This document shows, one piece after another, positions 19,318 to 27,740 of a DNA stretch of 64,000 bases (positions are counted from its first letter, which is position 1; every line of letters begins with the position of its first letter). Both the position numbers and the translations under genes were made by a program. The notes under the pieces are model-generated. The model had not been told where the DNA came from. It saw nothing but the letters and a program-made list of their open reading frames with translations, and did no database searches. The stretch is taken from contig NZ_JAVZIN010000001.1 of assembly GCF_038871235.1 (NCBI RefSeq), forward strand, positions 71,926 to 135,925. Direction: 5' to 3'. The DNA comes from Candidatus Hadarchaeum sp. GTDB taxonomy: Archaea > Hadarchaeota > Hadarchaeia > Hadarchaeales > Hadarchaeaceae.

Positions 19318-20811
19318 TCACATCTGCAACGGGTTTAATCCCTGTTCCATCGCCCTCAGATATGGCTTGAGCCCACGCTTGATGAACCCGATGAAAACCT
19401 TCTCCAGCATGATTCGATGGACGAACGACCTGAATTCATCCTTAGCTAGCTCGTCAATCCATTTCAGGTCATGTTTCACACAAGCGGCCAGCAGTTTCCA
19501 ATGTTCTGGCATCATGTCGTTAACGGTAAATCTCCTCGCTTCACTGAGCACCCCTAGCGGCACGAAAAAGAGGGGAACGATGAGGGATTTGTACTCCTTT
19601 AGTTCCTCCACCAGTTCAATCGTCTTTACAACATCTTCTGGTTTTTCCCCGGGCAACCCCATGATCAGCGTAGAACAGGGCACCCAGCAGTTATCGTGCA
19701 ACAGCTTGTGGGCCTCAATCACCACCTCCGGCCACTGCTCTGGTTTGAATGGTGCCACCTTTCCCCGCATATTTTTTTCTATGAGACGGGGCGACCCGGT
19801 CTCTATGCCAACCTGTCCCGCGATCCATGGTATTTTTCTGCTCGGCACCTCCATGAGCTCCTTCAGCTGCTTTATCAGCTCGGGTTTCGCCATAGCCGAG
19901 GCGAAGGCAAAGTGAGAGATATAGGCACCCCATCCCGTGACCTTTTTCACCTCTTCAAACAGCTTCAGGACCTTAGCTTCATCAGGGATGATACTTTTCG
20001 CCCCGTATCTCAGCACATCCTCGGCATGCAGGAGGATTCTGTCGAGCCCGGCATCGAGGTTGACCTTCACCTCCTCCAGAATTTTGTCGATCGGTCTGCA
20101 TCTGAAATAGCGGAGGGTGGGAACGCAGAACTCACATCCCCTGCCGCAACCTCGGGCGATTTCAACTATCCCATTTATCGTGGCGTGTTTTATGGATGGG
20201 ATTTCCTCAACGGGTACCACTTCACCCTCTACAATCCCCGGGAGCGTCTCACCTTTCAATGCCTTTTCAAATACCTTCACAGCGGTTCTTTCTCCCTCCC
20301 CTACAACCACACAATCTATCTCCAATTGTTTTCGCACCGAATCGTCCGCCAGCTGCCACGCCCCAGGGCCACCGACTATCGTCTTTAGACCATTGTCCTT
20401 AATTATGGGATTGGTGATCAGTTTCCGGAAGAAGATTGCCGAATAGGTCTCCTTACCCATCAGGCTGGAAAAAGTACTGGAAGCGGGACCTATTCCTAAG
20501 GGGTCGTTCGAGGTAATGCCCAAAACCTTGGTTTCGTTATCGATAACCTTATTCAACTGATCCGGATGCGCCACCACCACATCGAAGCCCTTCTCTAATA
20601 GGGCGGCCTCGATCTTTCTCGTTCCTCCGGGCGCATATTTCACCACCCCGTTGTGCCGGGGCACGGGGGGACATACCACCAACCTGTATAACCAATCTGG
20701 CACTATCTTCGGGGCGCAGGCGGCAAAGCCGAGAAACTCTGAACCGCGGTAATCGCTCATCAGGGAATACTCCGCGGTCAGAACTATCTCGCTCAGAGCA
20801 ACTACCCCCAT
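19318..20811 (-). CDS. B12-binding domain radical SAM protein (class B)
   Basis: 497 aa with an N-terminal cobalamin-binding-like Rossmann region and a radical SAM CX3CX2C ('CGRGCEFC'). Confidence 0.7.
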   Translation of the reverse strand: MGVVALSEIVLTAEYSLMSDYRGSEFLGFAACAPKIVPDWLYRLVVCPPVPRHNGVVKYAPGGTRKIEAALLEKGFDVVVAHPDQLNKVIDNETKVLGITSNDPLGIGPASSTFSSLMGKETYSAIFFRKLITNPIIKDNGLKTIVGGPGAWQLADDSVRKQLEIDCVVVGEGERTAVKVFEKALKGETLPGIVEGEVVPVEEIPSIKHATINGIVEIARGCGRGCEFCVPTLRYFRCRPIDKILEEVKVNLDAGLDRILLHAEDVLRYGAKSIIPDEAKVLKLFEEVKKVTGWGAYISHFAFASAMAKPELIKQLKELMEVPSRKIPWIAGQVGIETGSPRLIEKNMRGKVAPFKPEQWPEVVIEAHKLLHDNCWVPCSTLIMGLPGEKPEDVVKTIELVEELKEYKSLIVPLFFVPLGVLSEARRFTVNDMMPEHWKLLAACVKHDLKWIDELAKDEFRSFVHRIMLEKVFIGFIKRGLKPYLRAMEQGLNPLQM

Positions 20812-20847
20812 TTTAACTAGTCGCTAAGATGTTACGTTGCTCTTTTT

Positions 20848-21204
20848 TCACCCTGAAATCTTCTTCAGATAGTATAGACGCCGGCGTATCTCACATCCCA
20901 CTGCCCGGATGAAATCATCAGAATGCAACCTGAAATAGCGATAGGCTAACCGCCCTTCCTTTGTCACTGAGATTTCTCTCTGAACTAGTTTCAAATTAAC
21001 CAGCTTCTTCAGGTGCTCTTTAACGGCCCGCTCCGATCTTTTCGTGCCAGCGACAATTTCCGCCACTGAGAGTTTTTTCTCAGTTCGCGCCAAGAGGTCC
21101 AAAATTCTCCTTCCTGTGGACTTTATCCCTAATATCTTTGCCGCTTCATGAATCATGCCTTTGTCATTCATAACCTTACCCAATATGATGATAAAAAAAG
21201 TCAC
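20848..21204 (-). CDS. winged-helix transcriptional regulator (ArsR/TrmB-like); start uncertain
   Basis: HTH segment 'LSVAEIVAGTKRSERAVKEHLKKLVNLKLV'. Divergent from the ADH gene. Confidence 0.5.
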   Translation of the reverse strand: MTFFIIILGKVMNDKGMIHEAAKILGIKSTGRRILDLLARTEKKLSVAEIVAGTKRSERAVKEHLKKLVNLKLVQREISVTKEGRLAYRYFRLHSDDFIRAVGCEIRRRLYYLKKISG

Positions 21205-21280
21205 TTATAAATGCACACGTGTGCAAAAATATCTGCATCAGAAATTATCGGGGTAAAAGTTTTAGGTTCCGCAACACGAT

Positions 21281-21287
21281 TTTATAA
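21281..21287 (+). promoter_or_regulatory. putative archaeal TATA box upstream of ADH gene (leaderless arrangement)
   Basis: 'TTTATAA' sits about 24 bp upstream of the ATG at 21305. Confidence 0.3.
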
Positions 21288-21304
21288 CAAACTTTGGTGA
21301 GCTG

Positions 21305-22324
21305 ATGAGGGCAGCGGTGATCACAAAGATTGCTCCTGTCGAAGAAAATCCACTGGAACTAGTCGACCTGATCGACCCCGTTCCCGCTGGCAATCAGATT
21401 CTGATCAAGATATCCGCTTGTGGAATCTGCCACACCGAACTGGACGAAATCGAGGGCAGAGTGCCACCGACAAGATTTCCCATGGTGCCTGGACACGAGA
21501 TAGTTGGTCGGGTGGAAAAACTTGGCCCCCAAGCTTCCAAATTTAAGGTGGGTGACCGGGTAGGGGTGGCTTGGATCAACTGGGCCTGCGGCAGATGTCA
21601 CTTCTGCCTCGTCGGTGCGGAAAATCTATGCGCCGAGGCTAGATGGACGGGTAAGGATGAAGATGGAGGTTATGCCCAGTACACGGTCGTCTCCGAGGAT
21701 TTCGCTTACCCAATACCAGAGCTATTTACCGACTTCCAAGCCGCACCACTGCTCTGCGCAGGTGTAATCGGTTACCGGGCCCTGAGGCTGTCAGGGATGG
21801 CGGATGGAAAGGTTCTCGGCCTTTATGGGTTCGGTGCCTCGGCCCACATCGTCATTCAGGTGGTCAAACACCTTCAACCTAACTCAAGGGTCTTCGTCTT
21901 CACCAGAGTGGGACAAACGGAACATCAGGAACTGGCCCGGAAGCTAGGAGCCGATTGGGTTGGAGCCACTGGGGATACCCCTCCGGCCAAACTTGACTGC
22001 GCCATTGATTTTACTCCTGTGGGCGAACCAGTTCGGGAAGCGTTAAGAAACCTTCAGAAGGGAGGCAGAGTCGTGGTCAATGCGATCAGAAAAATAACCA
22101 CCATCCCTGAGCTAAACTATGCCGAGCATCTCTGGTGGGAGAAAGAGCTGAAAAGCGTCGCCAATGTGACTCGGAGAGACGTGCGGGAGTTTTTACCCTT
22201 AGCGGCCGAAATACCGATAAAACCGCAGATCAAATTGTTTAAGCTGGAAGAAGCAAACGACGCTTTGATTCTACTCAAGCAGGGAAAAATTAGCGGCGCC
22301 GGGGTACTAAATATAAACGGATAA
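21305..22324 (+). CDS. adh: zinc-dependent alcohol dehydrogenase (MDR family)
   Basis: 339 aa with a catalytic Zn motif 'GHEIVG', a structural Zn Cys cluster 'CGRCHFC' and a Rossmann 'GLYGFGASAH'. Confidence 0.8.
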   Translation: MRAAVITKIAPVEENPLELVDLIDPVPAGNQILIKISACGICHTELDEIEGRVPPTRFPMVPGHEIVGRVEKLGPQASKFKVGDRVGVAWINWACGRCHFCLVGAENLCAEARWTGKDEDGGYAQYTVVSEDFAYPIPELFTDFQAAPLLCAGVIGYRALRLSGMADGKVLGLYGFGASAHIVIQVVKHLQPNSRVFVFTRVGQTEHQELARKLGADWVGATGDTPPAKLDCAIDFTPVGEPVREALRNLQKGGRVVVNAIRKITTIPELNYAEHLWWEKELKSVANVTRRDVREFLPLAAEIPIKPQIKLFKLEEANDALILLKQGKISGAGVLNING

Positions 22325-22417
22325 TTTTATTTACCCTCTTTAAGCGTGGTGGTGACGAAATCCAAAAATATATTATGATTCATAAATTGTTCCTGAGATA
22401 CTAGTAATGAGAGCCAG

Positions 22418-23401
22418 ATGATAGAAACTATACTCAAATGCATGCTTGGTGCCAGATGGAAAACTGCCATCTTCAGTGTTACCTCCGCTTGCAACTGCCG
22501 GTGCTCGATGTGCAACATACCAAACCTGCCTCCTAAAAATCTTCCCATCGACGCTGCCTTTGAACTCCTGCGCCAGTGTGTGGAAAATAAAGTGGCCTTT
22601 CTTTCCCTCACCGGAGGTGAGCCTTTTCTCCACCCCCATCTTCCTGCGTTGGTAAAGAGGGCCCATGATTTGGGTATCTTCGTACACATAGCGACAAACG
22701 GAACCTTGCCCGACAGAGTCGACGAAGTAAAGGGCCACGTGGATGCGATCGGTTTTAGCATCGACAGCCATGTGAGTTCAGAACATGACCAAAACAGGGG
22801 GCACGCTGGTGCTTTTGAAAAATGCTTGAAAAGCGTGGGAAATTGTAAAAAGTTAGGAATAAGATCTTTTGCCAACACCCCACCCAACCGATACATAATC
22901 GAAAAAATAGAAGAATATGTCAGGTTTGTAAACGACGAAGTTGGCATTCCCGTTGGTTTCTGCTATCCCGAAACGAATGGCGGGGAATATTTTTCGAAGT
23001 GCAACAGCATCATCAGTGGCCTGAGAAATGAGCAGATAGCAGATTTCTTCAGCGCCGCGCTCAGGCTGAAAAAAATGGGTTACGATATCATCAACACTGA
23101 TATTTTTTTGCACGAGGCGATAGCATACGCAAAGGGTAATTTCAGTGACACGAGCCGTTGTGGCAGCGGGCGCGTCGTTTATTGGATTGATTGGTCCGGA
23201 AAAGTTCACCCTTGTTTTAAAAAGAGGACGGTGTTGAACAGGAACAAGAGCTGGGAAAAATACAACCCATTTGGTTGTAATGATTGTTTCGTTCAATGTT
23301 TCAGGGAACCGTCTTCATTTGTTTACCATCTACCCTTCTCGCTCAATGACCTGAAAACTTGGAAACGTTTTCTTGTGAAAAAACCAAGTGGCTCAAAGTA
23401 A
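22418..23401 (+). CDS. radical SAM protein with C-terminal Cys-rich SPASM/twitch-like domain
   Basis: CX3CX2C 'CNCRCSMC'. The C-terminus carries 'CGSGRVVYW...HPCF...GCNDCFVQC'. Confidence 0.65.
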   Translation: MIETILKCMLGARWKTAIFSVTSACNCRCSMCNIPNLPPKNLPIDAAFELLRQCVENKVAFLSLTGGEPFLHPHLPALVKRAHDLGIFVHIATNGTLPDRVDEVKGHVDAIGFSIDSHVSSEHDQNRGHAGAFEKCLKSVGNCKKLGIRSFANTPPNRYIIEKIEEYVRFVNDEVGIPVGFCYPETNGGEYFSKCNSIISGLRNEQIADFFSAALRLKKMGYDIINTDIFLHEAIAYAKGNFSDTSRCGSGRVVYWIDWSGKVHPCFKKRTVLNRNKSWEKYNPFGCNDCFVQCFREPSSFVYHLPFSLNDLKTWKRFLVKKPSGSK

Positions 23402-23549
23402 AAACCTCATTTTTACAAACGGGAAGTCCAGAGTTTAATTTGAGGAAGCTAATGAGGGATAAAAAGTTTATTTTCCACACGCACCAAGAAGTATATTTGT
23501 ACCTCAAAACTTTTTTGATTTTAAAACTACTTAACAGTTTCAGCCAAGT

Positions 23550-24089
23550 TTACCCTCCCGGAGTTCCATGATAAGGAACGTCTCTCCAGAGGGCACTCCA
23601 CCAGTCCTCCTCAGTTACCGTTTCACCTCGAATGAGAATCTCCAACACCTTTTTTAGCAATTCGTGATGTCTCTTCTCGTCCGAAAGTATCGCATCTAAA
23701 AGGAGTTTAACCTTCTCATTTTCGATGCTTGGCATCACTTCGCTGATCTTTTGAATCAGTTCTGCCTCAAGGCGGATGTGTTTTTTCACGAGTTCCTTTT
23801 GTTTGTCGAGATGCTCCTGTGTAAGGGCGCGGGTAATGCCAGTTAATAACTTAATGGCCGCATCGTACATTTCCGCGTGCTTTTTCGAATCCAAGGAGAT
23901 GCCTTTAAGAGCTCCCTTCACGGCGGGATTTCCAATTTCAACCAATGCGCGGTTCAACGAGCGAGTGATCTCTTTTTCGATCTTAATTTGTTCCTCAATG
24001 AAATTTACTAAGGCTTCCTTTGATTTCAAGGATTTCCCATATTTATTGTAAATTCGTTTGATAAATATTTTGCAGAAACTGAGGATCAC
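23550..24089 (-). CDS. ferritin-like/rubrerythrin-like helical protein, hypothetical
   Basis: 179 aa with repeated E...H pairs ('KKHAEMYD', 'EKRHHELL') suggesting a di-iron four-helix bundle. Confidence 0.35.
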   Translation of the reverse strand: MILSFCKIFIKRIYNKYGKSLKSKEALVNFIEEQIKIEKEITRSLNRALVEIGNPAVKGALKGISLDSKKHAEMYDAAIKLLTGITRALTQEHLDKQKELVKKHIRLEAELIQKISEVMPSIENEKVKLLLDAILSDEKRHHELLKKVLEILIRGETVTEEDWWSALWRDVPYHGTPGG

Positions 24090-24176
24090 GGAGACTGCAA
24101 AACCGATAGATGGTCAAAAGATATTAGATGGAGGACAAAAAGTCTACTAGGAAAGACTTATGAATTTGGTGATTTA

Positions 24177-24726
24177 TTGAAAAAACTTACGTCCATAACC
24201 GCCGCGATGGTCTTGGTGATTGCCCTAGCAGGGGTGGCTGGATATTTTCTAACGATGGGGAAAACCAGTCCTCAGGGTTCAGAAAATCGACCAGAGGAAA
24301 ATGACATTGGCATTGGAATCGGACAAATAGCCCCGGATTTCACCCTGACTGATATCGACGGTCACCCATTCAGCCTTAGCGATCATCGCGGCAAAATCGT
24401 GATCATCGATTTTCATGGCCACATGGTGCGGCCCCTGCGTTGCGCAGATGGGCCATCTCAAGGAAGTTTATGGCAACTACGGTAATAAAGTTGTGATAAT
24501 GTCGATCGATATCGACACAAATGAGACAAACGAGACCATCCGGGTATTCAAGGAGAGATACGGTGGTGAGTGGATCTTTGCAAGTGGACCAGACGTTGGA
24601 GTAACCTACGCGGTGAGTTATATTCCGACGATATACATACTTGACCAGCAAGGGCGCATCTCACATAAAAACGTGGGCGCGACATCCTACGCGGTCCTAT
24701 CGGCTGAAATCGACAGGTTAATCTAG
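24177..24726 (+). pseudogene. thioredoxin-fold thiol:disulfide oxidoreductase (TlpA/ResA-like), interrupted by +1 frameshift near 24414
   Basis: Frame 0 reads 'GKIVIIDFHGHMVRPLRC*'. Frame +1 from 24415 reads 'MATWCGPCVAQMGHLKEV...'. The canonical motif is DF-ATWCGPC, and a single extra C after 'gatttt' breaks the frame. Confidence 0.6.
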
Positions 24727-24738
24727 GTTGTCGTTGAT

Positions 24739-25416
24739 ATGGTAGATACTGCGCTCCTTTCGCTCGCTTTCGGAGCTGGCCTTGTCACCTTCTTTAACCC
24801 CTGTGCCTATGCCCTGCTTCCAGCATATGTCGCTTACCATTTCAGACGACGCGGAATTATCTCTATGCGGAAAAGTGTCGCCGAGGGAGCCAGTGTTGGT
24901 GCCGCGGTATCTTTCGGCTTCATCACCGTTTTTCTCATGACGGGCACACTGGTCTCACTGTTGGGCGTCCAAATCGGACCATACTCTCCCTGGGCGATGA
25001 TCGCAGTTGGGGAATTCCTCATCGCGCTCGGTCTCCTCTGGCTGGCCGGAGTTAAGCTCTCCCTCTCTGTCTCACTCCCCGCGCCACTTCGCGGAGGTCT
25101 GCTGTCCTTCTTCATCTTTGGAGTCGGCTACGCCATTGCATCCACCGCTTGTGCCCTCCCGGTTTTTCTGATGGTGGTCTTCACGGCGATAAGCTCGGGG
25201 GAACTCCTCTCGGGACTCTTAATCTTCTTGGCATATTCGCTAGGAATGGCCGTGCTGATGGTTCCACTGACGATAGCGGTTTCAACATCGAAAAATTTGA
25301 TCCTGCATCGCTTTGAGCGGGTTATACCACAGGTGCGAAAAATAGGGTGGAGTAATCCTGATCCTCGCGGGAGCTTATCTCATCTATCTTCAGAGCTGGA
25401 TCCTTTTTTTAACTAA
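24739..25416 (+). CDS. ccdA: cytochrome c-type biogenesis/disulfide electron transporter CcdA (DsbD-like)
   Basis: 225 aa with 6 TM. Conserved Cys in TM1 ('FFNPCAYALLP') and a second Cys in 'IASTACALPVF'. Confidence 0.75.
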   Translation: MVDTALLSLAFGAGLVTFFNPCAYALLPAYVAYHFRRRGIISMRKSVAEGASVGAAVSFGFITVFLMTGTLVSLLGVQIGPYSPWAMIAVGEFLIALGLLWLAGVKLSLSVSLPAPLRGGLLSFFIFGVGYAIASTACALPVFLMVVFTAISSGELLSGLLIFLAYSLGMAVLMVPLTIAVSTSKNLILHRFERVIPQVRKIGWSNPDPRGSLSHLSSELDPFFN

Positions 25417-25498
25417 AGTCAGTTCATGGCTGTCTGCGCTTCCAGCCCGGCCAATGTGATTTTACCGAGATGTCTTGGAATTTAATATCCAAAAGGTT

Positions 25499-25576
25499 TG
25501 GTGGGGCCGCCGAGATTTGAACTCGGGTCACCAGCACCCCAAGCTGAGAGGCTAGACCAAGCTACCCCACGGCCCC
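25499..25576 (-). tRNA. tRNA-Pro (GGG)
   Basis: RNA GGGGCCGUGGGGUAGCUUGGUCUAGCCUCUCAGCUUGGGGUGCUGGUGACCCGAGUUCAAAUCUCGGCGGCCCCACCA. Canonical cloverleaf with no intron. Confidence 0.75.
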
Positions 25577-25674
25577 CTAAGGATTAACAACTTGGTATAA
25601 GAAAATGTTTTCTGCTGAACATCGCCCACAAAATCGCTGTTTTTGGTGCGTACATTACTTAGTGACGTGGATGC

Positions 25675-26679
25675 CTAGATGCTCTCAGCGACTGGTTCCT
25701 CTTCAGATATCACGAAGAGAAAATCACCTTTTTTAAGTCTAAATTCACCCTTTGGGTTTATGTTTATTTCACCGCCTCTTTCCACTGCCAGCAGGATGAT
25801 GTCTTTCTCTCTACCAAATCTAACAAAGGTTTCCTTGAAACTTTTTCCGACGCAACTGTTGGGCAGTGGTATCCTATAGACCTCATCACCCTCCCCAAAC
25901 GTTAAAAGCGAGGAGAACATCTTCGACAAGCCTGGGCTGACACACGACTGCAGAATCAAATACTCCCCAAATTTACTGGGACAAATAACTTCATCGACCT
26001 TTGCCTTCGCTAGATGTCGCTCGTTCTCCGGGTCCAATATTTCCACACAGGTGTAAACATCCCTGTTCAGACTCTCCACCGTAAGCGTGGTGAGAATAGC
26101 TTGGGCATCGGGATTATCTGACTTTTCATCTGCCAAAATTATAGCGGCATAAGCAGACATGACGCCGGCTTTTCTCATGTCTTCGTCTTTGGTCGGGTCA
26201 CCGGAAATAAAATGGATGTCTTCCTCAGGGAGCGGGTTCTTTGGCTCCTTGGAGAGGTAAACTATTTGACGCTTGGTCTTTATGTCCGGTGACCTTAACT
26301 GAAGAATTATCCTTCGGGCTTTTTCCGGCGGGCCACATAAGATTATGTGGTTTTTAAACCCCTTGCCCTTCGTAATTGTCCCACCCTTCATGATATAGCT
26401 AGCAACTGCAGCGATAAATATTGAGAGGACGGCTAGACCCTCAATGACGACCATCGTGCAAACGATGCGTCCGGCTGTTGTCGCTGGTACTATCTCAGCC
26501 CCGCTCACCAGATAGATGATTATGAACCAAAATGCCTCAAAGGGATCACTGGCCTCTGGATTGGCCTGACCCTCAAATATCCAAAACAGCATCGCTTGAA
26601 CAAAAATTATAGCAGCCAGAATGGCGCCGACCTTCAGGGTTTTTATAACAGCTAGCTTAAACGACCTGCTAAAAACCAT
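25675..26679 (-). CDS. potassium channel with RCK/TrkA domain (MthK-like)
   Basis: 334 aa with 2 TM and a pore-like segment, followed by a Rossmann 'HIILCGPPEKARRI' RCK domain. Confidence 0.6.
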   Translation of the reverse strand: MVFSRSFKLAVIKTLKVGAILAAIIFVQAMLFWIFEGQANPEASDPFEAFWFIIIYLVSGAEIVPATTAGRIVCTMVVIEGLAVLSIFIAAVASYIMKGGTITKGKGFKNHIILCGPPEKARRIILQLRSPDIKTKRQIVYLSKEPKNPLPEEDIHFISGDPTKDEDMRKAGVMSAYAAIILADEKSDNPDAQAILTTLTVESLNRDVYTCVEILDPENERHLAKAKVDEVICPSKFGEYLILQSCVSPGLSKMFSSLLTFGEGDEVYRIPLPNSCVGKSFKETFVRFGREKDIILLAVERGGEININPKGEFRLKKGDFLFVISEEEPVAESI

Positions 26680-26781
26680 GCCCTGTCCCTAATATACCGT
26701 TTGCTACAATTTAAAACTATCTGCCGTGCCTTGCATCGTTTTACTTCAATAATTCACCGCTTTAAATTCTAGTATAACTAT

Positions 26782-27723
26782 TCACGTTTTTATCACGCGC
26801 AATATATTCTCATGCGTCTCGGCCGGTGGCGGCACGGTGTTGACCATGAAGACCTCCGATTTTTCTAGGAGCCTTTTGAAGAAGTTCTTTCGCAGCGCCA
26901 TCTTCCTGGCGTCCCTGACCAGCTGGTGGGGGTTGCAGAAATCGTTGGCGAGCAGGTATTCCAGTCCCTCCTCGGGCGAAATTCTGTAGACCCGTCTCTC
27001 ATCTGTGCTATCCCGCTTCAACAGGATGATCTTCCTAATCGTGGTCATGGGGATCACGCCACCTGAACCAACTATCCACCTCACGTTTACCACCGCTCGG
27101 CCCTTCTCGTCAAAGTGCGACCGTTCCACAAGCGGTAGATATTCACCCCAGATCTTGCCGATGTCGGCCTCGATGTAGCAGTTCTTCTCCGAGCCGAAGG
27201 CCAGATGCCCCCGGTCGAATAACCTCACGAAAAACCAGTCATCCGAGATCAGCCTTGCCTCAGGATGTCTGAGCAGCCCCCAGGAGTGCGTCGTCTTTCC
27301 CGTCCCAGAAGGCGCGATAATGCAAACACCGGTGCCACCAAAATCTATCGCCGCCCCGTGAACCGAGTAAATCCCGTGCTCATCCTCGAGAACATCTCCG
27401 GCCACGGCCAGCGCGATGCTTTTCACCCACCCATAGTAGTTCACGTTGGTGAGAAAGGCGGTGTTGGTGTAAGGATCGTACTTGACGTTCAGTTCGCCAC
27501 CTTTTTCCCTCAGCACGATAAGGCGGCCGTGGGAGCGGATGTTCTCATCCATCGTGTAAAAATTTTCCTCCCACCTGTCCTTGATCTCCTCAAGCTCGGT
27601 GAGCAATTTTATGCAGCAGCCGTAGATGTTGGCCTTCTTGGTGTAGAGGTAGCGGTGCAGGTTCTGGTTGAAAATTTCATCCTTTTCCTCAGGAGTGATC
27701 AGCTCAACATTATAAGGCGACAT
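26782..27723 (-). CDS. HprK/P C-terminal-domain-like P-loop kinase (function unknown)
   Basis: P-loop 'GVCIIAPSGTGKTTHSWGLLRHPEARLISDD' parallels HprK/P 'GDSGVGKSE...RGHRLVADD'. The ORF as called starts at a GTG at 27744 that overlaps the RuBisCO stop. The likelier start is the ATG at 27723, preceded by the SD GGAGAGGGAG. Confidence 0.55.
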   Translation of the reverse strand: MSPYNVELITPEEKDEIFNQNLHRYLYTKKANIYGCCIKLLTELEEIKDRWEENFYTMDENIRSHGRLIVLREKGGELNVKYDPYTNTAFLTNVNYYGWVKSIALAVAGDVLEDEHGIYSVHGAAIDFGGTGVCIIAPSGTGKTTHSWGLLRHPEARLISDDWFFVRLFDRGHLAFGSEKNCYIEADIGKIWGEYLPLVERSHFDEKGRAVVNVRWIVGSGGVIPMTTIRKIILLKRDSTDERRVYRISPEEGLEYLLANDFCNPHQLVRDARKMALRKNFFKRLLEKSEVFMVNTVPPPAETHENILRVIKT

Positions 27724-27725
27724 CG

Positions 27726-27735
27726 CTCCCTCTCC
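27726..27735 (-). promoter_or_regulatory. Shine-Dalgarno-like element for the HprK-like gene
   Basis: Minus-strand GGAGAGGGAG sits 4 nt upstream of the ATG at 27723. Confidence 0.35.
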
Positions 27736-27740
27736 ATTGT

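Noticed and set aside
23359-23571. A 70-aa ORF after the radical SAM/SPASM gene, as a candidate precursor peptide.
   Set aside because: It overlaps the 3' end of the radical SAM CDS in another frame and is Lys/Leu-rich. I have no support for it beyond position. It is mentioned under findings only as something to check.
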